From a virus (Duplodnaviria > Caudoviricetes), in the IMG/VR virus record IMGVR_UViG_3300037585_001948, positions 1 through 39,856 of that record: DNA of 39,856 bases; one strand, given 5' to 3'. The notes beneath the pieces were generated by a model, which ran no database searches, was not told the DNA's origin, and saw only the letters and a list, made by a program, of their open reading frames with translations. Shown in pieces: positions 23,032 to 32,466 of the stretch; positions within the stretch are counted from its first letter, which is position 1, and every line of letters starts with the position of its first letter. Both the position numbers and the translations under genes were made by a program.

Positions 23032-26000
23032 TTAACATGTTCCTTGTTGTATTACTATTCCATTATTGTCAACTTTAAAATAACCTAATGTATATTTATA
23101 AAACCCTGCTGGTAATACAGTTGTTGCATCACAGGCTGAGCTTGTATATACTAAACTTCCTACAGTTGGATAGGTTAGTGGAGTAGCTTGATTTAAAAAA
23201 TAATATGTTTTATTTAATGGTTGTTGACATGCTACTGCCACACTATCTTGTCTTGATCCAGCACTCCAAGAAGTACATGTAAATGTACAATCACAACAAG
23301 CATCTGTAGTAGAAGCTGAGTCATAACATAGTGGTTGTGCACTTACTGTTCTAAAATCATATATCAAATATAAGTATTGATTTCCACTTGGTATATTAAA
23401 TGCTGGATTTGTTGCAGGTGTTAAGTCTGCTTTGTAAATATCTGGTGTAGGGGTTGTAATTAAACCACTACCAATTAAATTTGCACTTGATGTAAGAGTT
23501 GCTATATCCGCAACAGTATTATTATACTGAGTGTTACTGGATAAGAAACTAAATTTATAAGAACCATCTCCAACATTATAATTATCTGCCTCTAATTTAT
23601 TTGTTCTCAACATAAAATTAGCACCATTATATGGAAATATACCTAATGATCTAACCCCTGACTGAGAGAAAAATGTAGATGCTACTGTACTAACCGAACC
23701 AAAAGTAGATTGGGTACTTGCTATTGGGCTTATTGTTTGAGTATCACTCCATCCATATTCTACATGTATTTGGTCTCCAGAATCTTGACTTGAGTTTAAT
23801 ACCACTTGAACAATAGTTAAAGTAGTCTCATCTGGACAATTTGGAGTAAATGTAAATGAACAACTGCCAGTTGGTGTTATAGTTACTTCAGCAGTAGTTG
23901 GTGTATTTAAGTTTTTATTAAATGTTAATGTACCAGTTGCATTAGTTAAATTTAAAGGGTTAGGAGTTGCATTATTTCCATTCCATACTCCAGTTATAGA
24001 TGCAGTTCCAGTCACTGTAAAACTAACTGTAGTTGTACTATCGATTACCTCACCGAAATCTATAGTAAATGTTTTAGCTGCAGTACAATTATTTATTGTT
24101 ACTGTAGTACCACATTTGATTGGTGTGGTAGGAAAAGGTACTTGTATATCATTAGTTGTTAATACATACTCATCCATATATGGATCGTATGCACCTAACT
24201 TTTGTGTTGTAAGGTGTTCAACAAATTGATCTCTAAACCAAGACCTCATACCGATATCAGACACAATGTTTATTGGACTACCAACTTGCCCTTGTGCTCC
24301 TAATTGTATTACTGCAGACCTTTTAGTGTCTGTAAAATACATAGTCTCACCCCATTGAATAAAACTTTCAGGATTAAAACTTATACCATATTCCTCTATT
24401 CTTGCTATTTGTTTACCTAAAACTTCAGGGGTAGAAACAACTGCTCCTCCACCAACTGCATCACTTAACAAGTCTTTACCTTGTTGTACATAACTAATTT
24501 TATCTTCTTGTAGTACGAGTATATCTGTTTCTCTACCATGTAATTTCATTACTGGTCCGAAGTTTTGCTCTAAGTCCATAAAGTTTACTAAACCTAAATT
24601 AAATTCATTTAAGTTGTTAGTGTTTGTAGAATAACTAAACACTCCACTATATGTTAACCCTGCAAATCTATCAGCTTCTTTATAATCTGCATTAGAAACC
24701 GCAAGTGCTCTTTGCCCCATTACTAAGCTTTTGGTAGCTATCTTGTCTAAGATTTTAAAACTTTCAACTCCATTACCAAAAGTATAACAATTAATAAATG
24801 GTATATCTACTACTGCATCTTGAGTTGCAGTTTGGTTTTGATCTCCATCAGCAGTACCACTTATATGAAAACCTCCTGTAATAGGAAAGTCTTTAGATGC
24901 ATCAAAGAATATTTCATCATTTGCTTCAATAGGTTCTGTCTCCCAAACTATTAATTCATTTGCTCTTGTTACTACAATTTCTAACTCTATGTAAGAATAT
25001 GAATCGCCAAAGACATTATCACATCCTTTTATACCACTTCTTACTGATAAGTATAATGGTTGAGCAGGATCAATTGTTCCAGCATATCCAGCCTGCCAAA
25101 ACTGCCACACTGGTTCTGCAGGATTAGGACTTGTACATTGTATATTTGCTGCTGAATCTGCAATAGTAGAAACAAAGACACTTGTTAGTTCACTTCCTGA
25201 CTCCCAAATACCAGTATTTGGATTAAAATCATCTCCTACTGCCCACTCATATAAGTTAATAAAGTTTTGAGATGCTACATATTGTTTATCAAAAACATAT
25301 CTCCTACCAGGACAGTTTTGTCCACTTCTATCATTTCTACCATACTCACATCTTATATCAATAATACTACCCGCAGGTACATCATATACTTCATATGTAG
25401 GTCCACTGGTTTCTGTTATAAATGCTGGATAGTTTACTTGAGCATTACATCTATTTTCATTTTTACTTCTATAATTTTCAACTCCATTTTCAATAACTGG
25501 ATTAGCTAAATCACCTTGAACTGCAAAGTTCTGTGCTTTTATTTGCATGTATAAGCCAGCTATCTGATGACTTGAAGTTCCTAATTCATTTTGTGTAGCT
25601 AAAAAGTCTTCACCTTCTGCAGATATATCTAATACTTCACACTCAGTTAATGATTGTCTTGGACCATTAACATCTCTTTTTACAATAAGTGTATCTCCTT
25701 TTTTACATTTGTTTTGATTATCACCTTCTAATTTGAAGTAAACCACATTGTTACTTGGTCTTACATAAAAGAAATTACTATATATAATTTCATAATTACC
25801 TTTACTTGGCTTTACTACAAACTTATATCTTGAAGCCCACGAAGGTGGTAAACTACTAATACGAGCTTGTATAGAATTTTTTTTATCTGCATTTTCTGCA
25901 GGTACAAATATTGTGTTGTATTCAGAAACCATTACAGTAGAAGCTCTACCATAGTTGTCCATATATACAATACCAGTTTCATAGTCTCTGTTACTATGTA

Positions 26001-27753
26001 AACTACCCATATCAGATATAGCACTGAAAGTAACCGATGCAGATTCAAACCTAAAGTATTCAAATAAGTTTGTTACTGGAGCATTGGTTTCTCTAAAGTT
26101 CATTGCAATAGGTTGAAATGAAACATTGTTTGAACCAGGTGATGTTGTTAGAGCCCATCCTTGTTGAGAACTTGCGTCAGTAATACTACTATTATGTTTA
26201 GTCCATCCAGGACAGTTAGTAGGTACAGAAAGAGCACAGTTAAAATTATCAGTTACTGATGTGCCATTTGCACAAGTTGAAATAGGTTGAAAATTAGAGT
26301 TTAATACAGTTCCTAATCTTGCTTGAAACTCACTACTATTAACCATATCATATACACTATTATAATCAGATGGTAAAGTAAAGTTTAATGTAAGTTGTAC
26401 ATCACCATTACTAAAAGTTGGTAAGTAACAAGGGTTAGCTGTATCTCCATTTAACTGATCGGTTGTAACTCTAAATACAAATCTTATGATACCATCTTTT
26501 TTTAACTTATCAGCAATGTCAGTTAAATTAAATGTAGCTAATGAATTGTTGTACTGTATACTTGAACCTGACAAAGTATATGCAATACCTTGGGATAATG
26601 TTGCATCAGGTAATATTTCAAAATCTATATCTTCAGACTTTAATGATGTACTATAATCTACCGATATTCTTCCACCATTTGCATTAGTCATATTATACCC
26701 ATCCACATAGTTACCATAGATAAGTCTGTTACCCATAATGGTTTGGGCTTTTGAAGTCCTGGGTACATTATCATAAAGTCTTAATAACTCATCTGATCCT
26801 AATGTTGTATAAATTTTACTGTTAGTAAACAAAAATGTTTGTGTGGTATTATTTGCCCATCCATAATCATCTTTATCAAATCTCTCTATTACATATATAC
26901 TATTAGTGTTTGAGTCTTTGTATAACAAGTCTACTTGTTTTACTCTTGAAGAACCAGTATTAAATGATACATTAACTGCATTAAACCTATTTAACATTCC
27001 TTCATTTACATAATTAGAAGGACTAAATAAAAAATTATTAGGTTGAAATGCAGGTAAACTAAATAAAGATGTAGCACTATATTCATCATCTTGATATCTA
27101 TATCTATATGCAAATGAAATAAATCTATTTTCTAAATAATTTTCTTGTCCATTTACAGTTACTAATTCTAAGGAAGGAGCAGATAAAGTATCTGCAGCTC
27201 CATAGCCTGGTATCTTTTGTATTACATTAAAATCTTCTTCAACTAAAACATCTGCATATCCTGGGCTTGGTGGATATGGATAACTTCTATTTATATTTAT
27301 TTTTCTTGGGGGATTTATATCATCTGTAAAAAATAATAAATCATCAATAAGATTTACTCCAGTAATTAAATAAGTAGGTTGAAAGTTTAAAATACTTGAA
27401 GAAACAACATGATAAGTTATACTTTGATTTTGTGTGTTATAAGAAACAATAGCATCTAATCTACCACCACTTGTTGGGTTATTAGGATCGTGCACAAACC
27501 AATATATAGTTTCAGTTATACCATCTTCATATGCACCAATACATGTAGCATTAACTGAAAAATTTTGTCCTCCAAAAGCTAATGTAGTTAATTGTGTATT
27601 GCCTCGTGAGTTTTCTACTGCACCAACCTCTGTGGTTTCAGTTGAACCCAAACGAACATTCTGAGCATCTATATACTCTCCTTGAGGTAGAAGCCTTTCA
27701 TCGATAGACTTATTCATTCTACCTTGTACAAATACTACATTTTCTAATGCCAT
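23032..27753 (-). CDS. tail stabilisation/nozzle protein (crAss-like), N-terminal part with added C-terminal domains
   Basis: GRMNKSIDERLLPQGEYIDAQNVR, FFTDDINPPRKIN, FAYRYRY, GNRLIYGNYVDGY, YGISFNPESF, YFTDTKR, GAYDPY. Confidence 0.75.
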   Translation of the reverse strand: MALENVVFVQGRMNKSIDERLLPQGEYIDAQNVRLGSTETTEVGAVENSRGNTQLTTLAFGGQNFSVNATCIGAYEDGITETIYWFVHDPNNPTSGGRLDAIVSYNTQNQSITYHVVSSSILNFQPTYLITGVNLIDDLLFFTDDINPPRKININRSYPYPPSPGYADVLVEEDFNVIQKIPGYGAADTLSAPSLELVTVNGQENYLENRFISFAYRYRYQDDEYSATSLFSLPAFQPNNFLFSPSNYVNEGMLNRFNAVNVSFNTGSSRVKQVDLLYKDSNTNSIYVIERFDKDDYGWANNTTQTFLFTNSKIYTTLGSDELLRLYDNVPRTSKAQTIMGNRLIYGNYVDGYNMTNANGGRISVDYSTSLKSEDIDFEILPDATLSQGIAYTLSGSSIQYNNSLATFNLTDIADKLKKDGIIRFVFRVTTDQLNGDTANPCYLPTFSNGDVQLTLNFTLPSDYNSVYDMVNSSEFQARLGTVLNSNFQPISTCANGTSVTDNFNCALSVPTNCPGWTKHNSSITDASSQQGWALTTSPGSNNVSFQPIAMNFRETNAPVTNLFEYFRFESASVTFSAISDMGSLHSNRDYETGIVYMDNYGRASTVMVSEYNTIFVPAENADKKNSIQARISSLPPSWASRYKFVVKPSKGNYEIIYSNFFYVRPSNNVVYFKLEGDNQNKCKKGDTLIVKRDVNGPRQSLTECEVLDISAEGEDFLATQNELGTSSHQIAGLYMQIKAQNFAVQGDLANPVIENGVENYRSKNENRCNAQVNYPAFITETSGPTYEVYDVPAGSIIDIRCEYGRNDRSGQNCPGRRYVFDKQYVASQNFINLYEWAVGDDFNPNTGIWESGSELTSVFVSTIADSAANIQCTSPNPAEPVWQFWQAGYAGTIDPAQPLYLSVRSGIKGCDNVFGDSYSYIELEIVVTRANELIVWETEPIEANDEIFFDASKDFPITGGFHISGTADGDQNQTATQDAVVDIPFINCYTFGNGVESFKILDKIATKSLVMGQRALAVSNADYKEADRFAGLTYSGVFSYSTNTNNLNEFNLGLVNFMDLEQNFGPVMKLHGRETDILVLQEDKISYVQQGKDLLSDAVGGGAVVSTPEVLGKQIARIEEYGISFNPESFIQWGETMYFTDTKRSAVIQLGAQGQVGSPINIVSDIGMRSWFRDQFVEHLTTQKLGAYDPYMDEYVLTTNDIQVPFPTTPIKCGTTVTINNCTAAKTFTIDFGEVIDSTTTVSFTVTGTASITGVWNGNNATPNPLNLTNATGTLTFNKNLNTPTTAEVTITPTGSCSFTFTPNCPDETTLTIVQVVLNSSQDSGDQIHVEYGWSDTQTISPIASTQSTFGSVSTVASTFFSQSGVRSLGIFPYNGANFMLRTNKLEADNYNVGDGSYKFSFLSSNTQYNNTVADIATLTSSANLIGSGLITTPTPDIYKADLTPATNPAFNIPSGNQYLYLIYDFRTVSAQPLCYDSASTTDACCDCTFTCTSWSAGSRQDSVAVACQQPLNKTYYFLNQATPLTYPTVGSLVYTSSACDATTVLPAGFYKYTLGYFKVDNNGIVIQQGTC

Positions 27754-28667
27754 TATTTAATCCATTTATTCTGGCCTCTTAAATTCATTAAGAGTCTACC
27801 AGGATGTATATTACTTAATCTTAGTTTTGCATTTCTTAATAAAGAAGACTTATCTTTTCTTGCTCTATTAACAATGTACTCTTGAACTCCAAATCGACCA
27901 TTTAAAATGGCATACTTTATATAAGCATACAAATATTCTTCGAACAACTTATTGACACTGACTTGTGAGTCATCACCATTTTCCATACCATCGGACACAT
28001 ATTCTAATACTATTGAATCTGTTCCTGCCGCAGAGCTAAAATAAATTTTACCTGCTTGTTTATCAACTTTAAATGTAGGGTTTATATTAGCAGTTTCAGT
28101 ATTAAGTCCAAATCTTGCTCCTACTCTATAATCAAAATACCAACACCCATCTATGCAATACCCCTCACACCCATCAAAATCACTGTCATTGTTAAGATAA
28201 ATTGATCTTGTTGCTCTACTTAAATCTACTTGAGAATCTTGTGGTCTTAAAACATTACCATTCTGATCAAACAACAACTCAGAGTTGTTGTCTTGTAGAT
28301 AAGCTGAACTAAAATTAGTTTGTATATTTTCAGTCAAAGGGTAAAGTACCCCATCCTTATACTGAGATATTCTCACCCAGTTAACATAATCAGATGGTAA
28401 AGGATAGCTAAAGTTATGGTCTAAAGTTAACTGAAGAACTTTAATTTCTTTCATCGCATCATAGTTCAATTCTTGTATACCTCTTTTAGCATGAAATAAA
28501 ACTTGATATCTTTCTAAGTTATTTACCAGTTCGTGATTACCTTGATATATTAACATAAAGTTATTGACTATATCTTGCAAAGAAACATACTGATAAGAAC
28601 CAAGATTAGCATCTGTGGGAGTGTTACCATTATTTTCGTAATATGTATATTGTGTTATATATGCCAT
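27753..28667 (-). CDS. tail ring / head-tail adaptor protein
   Basis: KRGIQELNYD...LPSDYVNWVRI...IVLEYVSDG; position after the capsid module. Confidence 0.6.
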   Translation of the reverse strand: MAYITQYTYYENNGNTPTDANLGSYQYVSLQDIVNNFMLIYQGNHELVNNLERYQVLFHAKRGIQELNYDAMKEIKVLQLTLDHNFSYPLPSDYVNWVRISQYKDGVLYPLTENIQTNFSSAYLQDNNSELLFDQNGNVLRPQDSQVDLSRATRSIYLNNDSDFDGCEGYCIDGCWYFDYRVGARFGLNTETANINPTFKVDKQAGKIYFSSAAGTDSIVLEYVSDGMENGDDSQVSVNKLFEEYLYAYIKYAILNGRFGVQEYIVNRARKDKSSLLRNAKLRLSNIHPGRLLMNLRGQNKWIK

Positions 28668-28670
28668 CTT

Positions 28671-29684
28671 TTATGTTTGTATTTGGTTGTCTTGGACTAT
28701 TTCTTGTTTTCCAAACTCATAGACATCTGCTTCTCTAATCTCTACACCAATGTATTGACATATTTTTGCAATCAAACCTGGTTGATCAGACAATGGTAAT
28801 TCAAAGTCTTGATAGTCTGCTGCAGTATCATTAAATAAAGGCTCACCACCAGTTAATGTTACATATGTCCAATTTGGTGTAACTGGATATCTTATATACT
28901 GTACTTGTACTGCTCCCTTTTGTCTAATTGTACTTGGATAAACTGTAATAGTATTTCCTATTGCAGAGTTAGGTCCAGCTTGTACATTAGATGTAGCTCC
29001 GCCTAAAACATACGCGGGAAACTGAGTTGTAGGGGAAGTCAAGTTAGAGCTTGTCAACATATATATTTTCTGTTGATTAACCCTTTCTACTTCAGTTATA
29101 TTGGTATTAGTGTATACCACATAATTCTGTGCTACAGCATTAGTTATATCTGCACTTAAACTTAAAGTTGTGGTACTATCCACTGCAGTAACATATGCTT
29201 GTGAGATGGGGTTAGAAGAGGTGTTAACTATAATGCTCCCTATGGGTGGATTTTGCTCAAATAAAGGATTTGCCGGTGAAGGCACAAAACCACCAGTTGC
29301 ATCTATTAACTTGTAACCCTGAGCTCCAGTCGTAGTACCACTAAATCTTGCAGAGGGATAATAAAAAACTTTATTTATTAAATAGTAATCTTGAGGTAGA
29401 TTATAAAGGTTGGCATTATTTAAATTAGCCACAGTCTGATCTAAAAATACCTCAGCTGAAAAACTATCTGCTACTTCTTCTAAACCTTTAACTATGTTTG
29501 CATATCCTGTTCCTGATATTCTCGCGTTCTCTTTATTAATCCAATTGTTATATTGATAAAAATAATCTTCAAATATATCCAACTGTGCTTGTTCACAATA
29601 TAGATTAAAATCTTGTGGAGATATGTAGCCATAGTTGTTCTTATTAGCAATAGCTAATACTGTGTTTCTTACTTCGTTTATCAT
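28671..29684 (-). CDS. tail ring / head-tail adaptor protein (second)
   Basis: NKNNYGYISPQDFN...AQLDIFEDYF...QYIRYP..PNW...DFELP; gene order. Confidence 0.6.
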   Translation of the reverse strand: MINEVRNTVLAIANKNNYGYISPQDFNLYCEQAQLDIFEDYFYQYNNWINKENARISGTGYANIVKGLEEVADSFSAEVFLDQTVANLNNANLYNLPQDYYLINKVFYYPSARFSGTTTGAQGYKLIDATGGFVPSPANPLFEQNPPIGSIIVNTSSNPISQAYVTAVDSTTTLSLSADITNAVAQNYVVYTNTNITEVERVNQQKIYMLTSSNLTSPTTQFPAYVLGGATSNVQAGPNSAIGNTITVYPSTIRQKGAVQVQYIRYPVTPNWTYVTLTGGEPLFNDTAADYQDFELPLSDQPGLIAKICQYIGVEIREADVYEFGKQEIVQDNQIQT

Positions 29685-29701
29685 TGTAAGTTGAGTTTGT
29701 A

Positions 29702-29709
29702 CAAAGATA
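29702..29709 (-). promoter_or_regulatory. Bacteroidota -7 element (TATCTTTG)
   Basis: Intergenic; 17 nt before the ATG at 29684, directly after a terminator U-tract. Confidence 0.6.
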
Positions 29710-29711
29710 AT

Positions 29712-29746
29712 AAAAAAAAAAGAGGCCTAAATATTTAAGCCCCTTT
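29712..29746 (-). terminator. intrinsic terminator
   Basis: Minus strand GGGGCTTAAA-ta-TTTAGGCCTC followed by T10. Confidence 0.75.
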
Positions 29747-29766
29747 CTACCTTTAGTTAAGTTGTC

Positions 29767-30096
29767 TTATGCAGACCACTCTTCTTCTATTTGAGCAATA
29801 GCTGTAATAGCATACTTAGGCTCAAGTAAATAGTAAGGGTTTGTCCAGCTTGTCTGTAGTGCATCTTCGATAGCATCCACAATACTGTTAAGTTGCTCTT
29901 TAGTCTTAGCTGCATCTGCTGCTGTAGTAGCAGTGATTTTGTAGCCTAAAACTTCAGATACACCTGTAGCAGTATGTCCCACATTGTGAGTAAGGATTTT
30001 TACTTCCGTATTTGCTCCTACTTCAATTCCTAAAATACTTTGAATAGGAATTAAATGATAAGCGTCGCTTAAACTGACTTTTAGATATTTTACCAT
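29767..30096 (-). CDS. hypothetical (probably virion) protein; likely start ATG 30096 (MVKYLKV)
   Basis: A-rich leader before the ATG; the track's GTG start lies on the -7 element. Confidence 0.6.
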   Translation of the reverse strand: MVKYLKVSLSDAYHLIPIQSILGIEVGANTEVKILTHNVGHTATGVSEVLGYKITATTAADAAKTKEQLNSIVDAIEDALQTSWTNPYYLLEPKYAITAIAQIEEEWSA

Positions 30097-30128
30097 AGTT
30101 AAAAATTTTAATGGGTTAAACAATACCA

Positions 30129-30136
30129 CAAAGATA
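30129..30136 (-). promoter_or_regulatory. Bacteroidota -7 element (TATCTTTG)
   Basis: Intergenic TAnnTTTG upstream of the 30096 start. Confidence 0.55.
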
Positions 30137-30143
30137 TGAAACC

Positions 30144-30905
30144 TTATTTATCTTTTTTAAGCCTTCTTTGTAAGAGTTTATATATCTCAACACCATCATC
30201 ACTTTGAAAGTGTGATGCAACTATAAAGTATGGGTCTTCACCAAAAGGAACTGTTAATAGTTTCTTTTTATTTTTTGGTAAATCAAAGTATACATCTTTA
30301 GATTGGTTTCTAAATGTTAAGAACCCATTATCAAAAAACTTATATACATCATCTTGTAAATCTAACATCGGATCGTTAAGTGTGTCTAAGAAATCAATAG
30401 GATTGTTTTTAGCATATAATAATATATCTCTTTTCAATTCAGTTGAAGTTTTCTTATCTACACCACTGCCAAGAAGAACTCTACATACAGAAACAAGTTT
30501 TTCAAACTCTAAGTTTTTCGCCATAACTTGAGCATCTAAACCTAACTCTACTATTTCTAATTCTTCCGCAGCATCTTGCTCCTTGTTTATTTCTTCATAC
30601 ACATAGTTTCTTTGTGGATGATAATATAAAAATTGTTGTAATACTTGATTGGTTTTAGCAACATGTAAAATACCATCTTCAAACAGAATTGGTTCTAAGA
30701 TTGCATTTCCATCTTGTTCATCTTCAAAAGGTGACTTTTGATTTTTAGCATACCTAAGTGGTCTATTGACGTTTTGTTCTTCATCAAACCACATTAAAGG
30801 ATATCTTGCTGAGTTTCTCGATGCCAACATATAGGTAAGTGGTGCGGCATCTCTTTTTAATTTGTAGAATTTATCTACCAAAGGTTGTTTTTTTGTCTTT
30901 TTCAT
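30144..30905 (-). CDS. hypothetical protein downstream of the major capsid gene
   Basis: 253-aa ORF with a clean A-rich start; RPLRYAKNQKSPFEDEQ. Confidence 0.7.
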   Translation of the reverse strand: MKKTKKQPLVDKFYKLKRDAAPLTYMLASRNSARYPLMWFDEEQNVNRPLRYAKNQKSPFEDEQDGNAILEPILFEDGILHVAKTNQVLQQFLYYHPQRNYVYEEINKEQDAAEELEIVELGLDAQVMAKNLEFEKLVSVCRVLLGSGVDKKTSTELKRDILLYAKNNPIDFLDTLNDPMLDLQDDVYKFFDNGFLTFRNQSKDVYFDLPKNKKKLLTVPFGEDPYFIVASHFQSDDGVEIYKLLQRRLKKDK

Positions 30906-30931
30906 TATATTAAATTTTAATTTGATTAAAT

Positions 30932-30962
30932 AAAATAAAAAGGGGAGGAGACATCCTCCCCT
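30932..30962 (-). terminator. intrinsic terminator after major capsid gene
   Basis: 9-bp stem AGGGGAGGA/TCCTCCCCT, 4-nt loop, T-rich run on the minus strand. Confidence 0.85.
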
Positions 30963-30978
30963 AATTATTGATTAAATA

Positions 30979-32445
30979 TTAAGCATCTTGGAATAAGAAG
31001 AAGTTGTTTGCACCTAAAGTACATACAGCTCTCTCACTCAAGAAGTTTACTTCCATCGCATCTAAGTCAGAAGTTCTTGCTCCACCAGCAGAACCAGTGA
31101 TCCAAGTTTTATATCTTCTGTCTTCAGTTTCGGAAGCTCTATATCTTACATGTAAGAATGGTCTCTTAGCATTTTTACCTAAGATTTGATCGTATACTGT
31201 AGTAGAACCAGCAGGGACTAATAGTCCATTAACTTTTCCACCTACGATACCACCTCTCATTGTAGGATCGTTTAGATATTTCCAGTCTGACTTGTAGAAG
31301 TCATAGCCTCTTCTGAATCCAGTGAATCCAAGATTAAGTGCCATTTCTTCATCATTGTCAAATAATCCATAAGATGTACCACCAGCTCCATAAGAATTTT
31401 GCTGTGCTAACATATCATCGATATCAAACGAGAAGTTTCTGTTTAAGAAAATTACATTTTCCTCAATAGAACCTTGCTTGTCTAATCTTGAAATAACTGA
31501 GTCGAAGTCTGCAAGAGAAGAAGGATTTCCTCCACCCCAAACATTACCTCTTGCTCCTACTACGAAGAAGATACCATCAGAACCATTAAGGTTTGCTACA
31601 GACGCACCAGCACCAACTCCTTGTAAGAAGTCACCAGCACCAGAAGCTGCTTCTGCAGGAACTGCTTCAATCATTGCAGTTTCTAAGTAATCTTCGAATC
31701 TTAGTCTTGTTTCATGCTCAGACTTTAGATACCATAAATATCCAGATGCTCCATTTTCTGTAGTAACTTCAATCCATCCGATTTGAGCCATATCAGAACC
31801 AGATACATTGTATTTGTCCTTGATAATAATTGGCTTGTTGTCAAAGATGAAGTCATCAGCTTCAAGAGATCCTTGCATTCCATTAGTTCCTTTGTTAAAT
31901 TCAGAACCATATACGAAAATATCACAAGCAACTGCTGCTGCTACTGCTTGGCCTCCAGCCTCATAGTAAGCAATTGTTACTTGATTAACTGCATTACCAC
32001 CAGAACCAGGTCCAACAGTTACGATTCCTTTGTTACTGAGGTTTGAACCTGCAGTCTTGTCAGAAATCATTACAGTTTGACCAACTCTAAGAGCTGCAGA
32101 ATTTGGAGAACCAGCTAATGCAGGGTTAAAGTTAGTAATGTTATTAGGAATTGTCCACACACCATTTGCTGCGGCTGCTCCTGCACCTGAAGTACAATTC
32201 TGATATTTAACGTGTAGTCTTCCTTGCTCTGCCCATTTAATAAGGTCAGAGTTAGAAGGCATTTCAGCTCCTACCATTCTTAGGAAGGAAGCTATTGATC
32301 GATTGCCATATCTTTCAAACTCTTTTTCAAATGTATCAGGTAAATACTGATTCAAGAAATTAAAGTCTGTAATATAATTTGTAGAAAGCGGTACTTGCTG
32401 ACTACTTGGTTGCAAATCAAAACCAGGGGCTACATTTACTGCCAT
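30979..32445 (-). CDS. major capsid protein
   Basis: 488 aa; follows portal and scaffold; own terminator; IIKDKYNVSGSD and ETRLRFEDYLETAMIE backbone-helix-like segment. Confidence 0.8.
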   Translation of the reverse strand: MAVNVAPGFDLQPSSQQVPLSTNYITDFNFLNQYLPDTFEKEFERYGNRSIASFLRMVGAEMPSNSDLIKWAEQGRLHVKYQNCTSGAGAAAANGVWTIPNNITNFNPALAGSPNSAALRVGQTVMISDKTAGSNLSNKGIVTVGPGSGGNAVNQVTIAYYEAGGQAVAAAVACDIFVYGSEFNKGTNGMQGSLEADDFIFDNKPIIIKDKYNVSGSDMAQIGWIEVTTENGASGYLWYLKSEHETRLRFEDYLETAMIEAVPAEAASGAGDFLQGVGAGASVANLNGSDGIFFVVGARGNVWGGGNPSSLADFDSVISRLDKQGSIEENVIFLNRNFSFDIDDMLAQQNSYGAGGTSYGLFDNDEEMALNLGFTGFRRGYDFYKSDWKYLNDPTMRGGIVGGKVNGLLVPAGSTTVYDQILGKNAKRPFLHVRYRASETEDRRYKTWITGSAGGARTSDLDAMEVNFLSERAVCTLGANNFFLFQDA

Positions 32446-32466
32446 AATTTTAATTTTTAAATTGTT

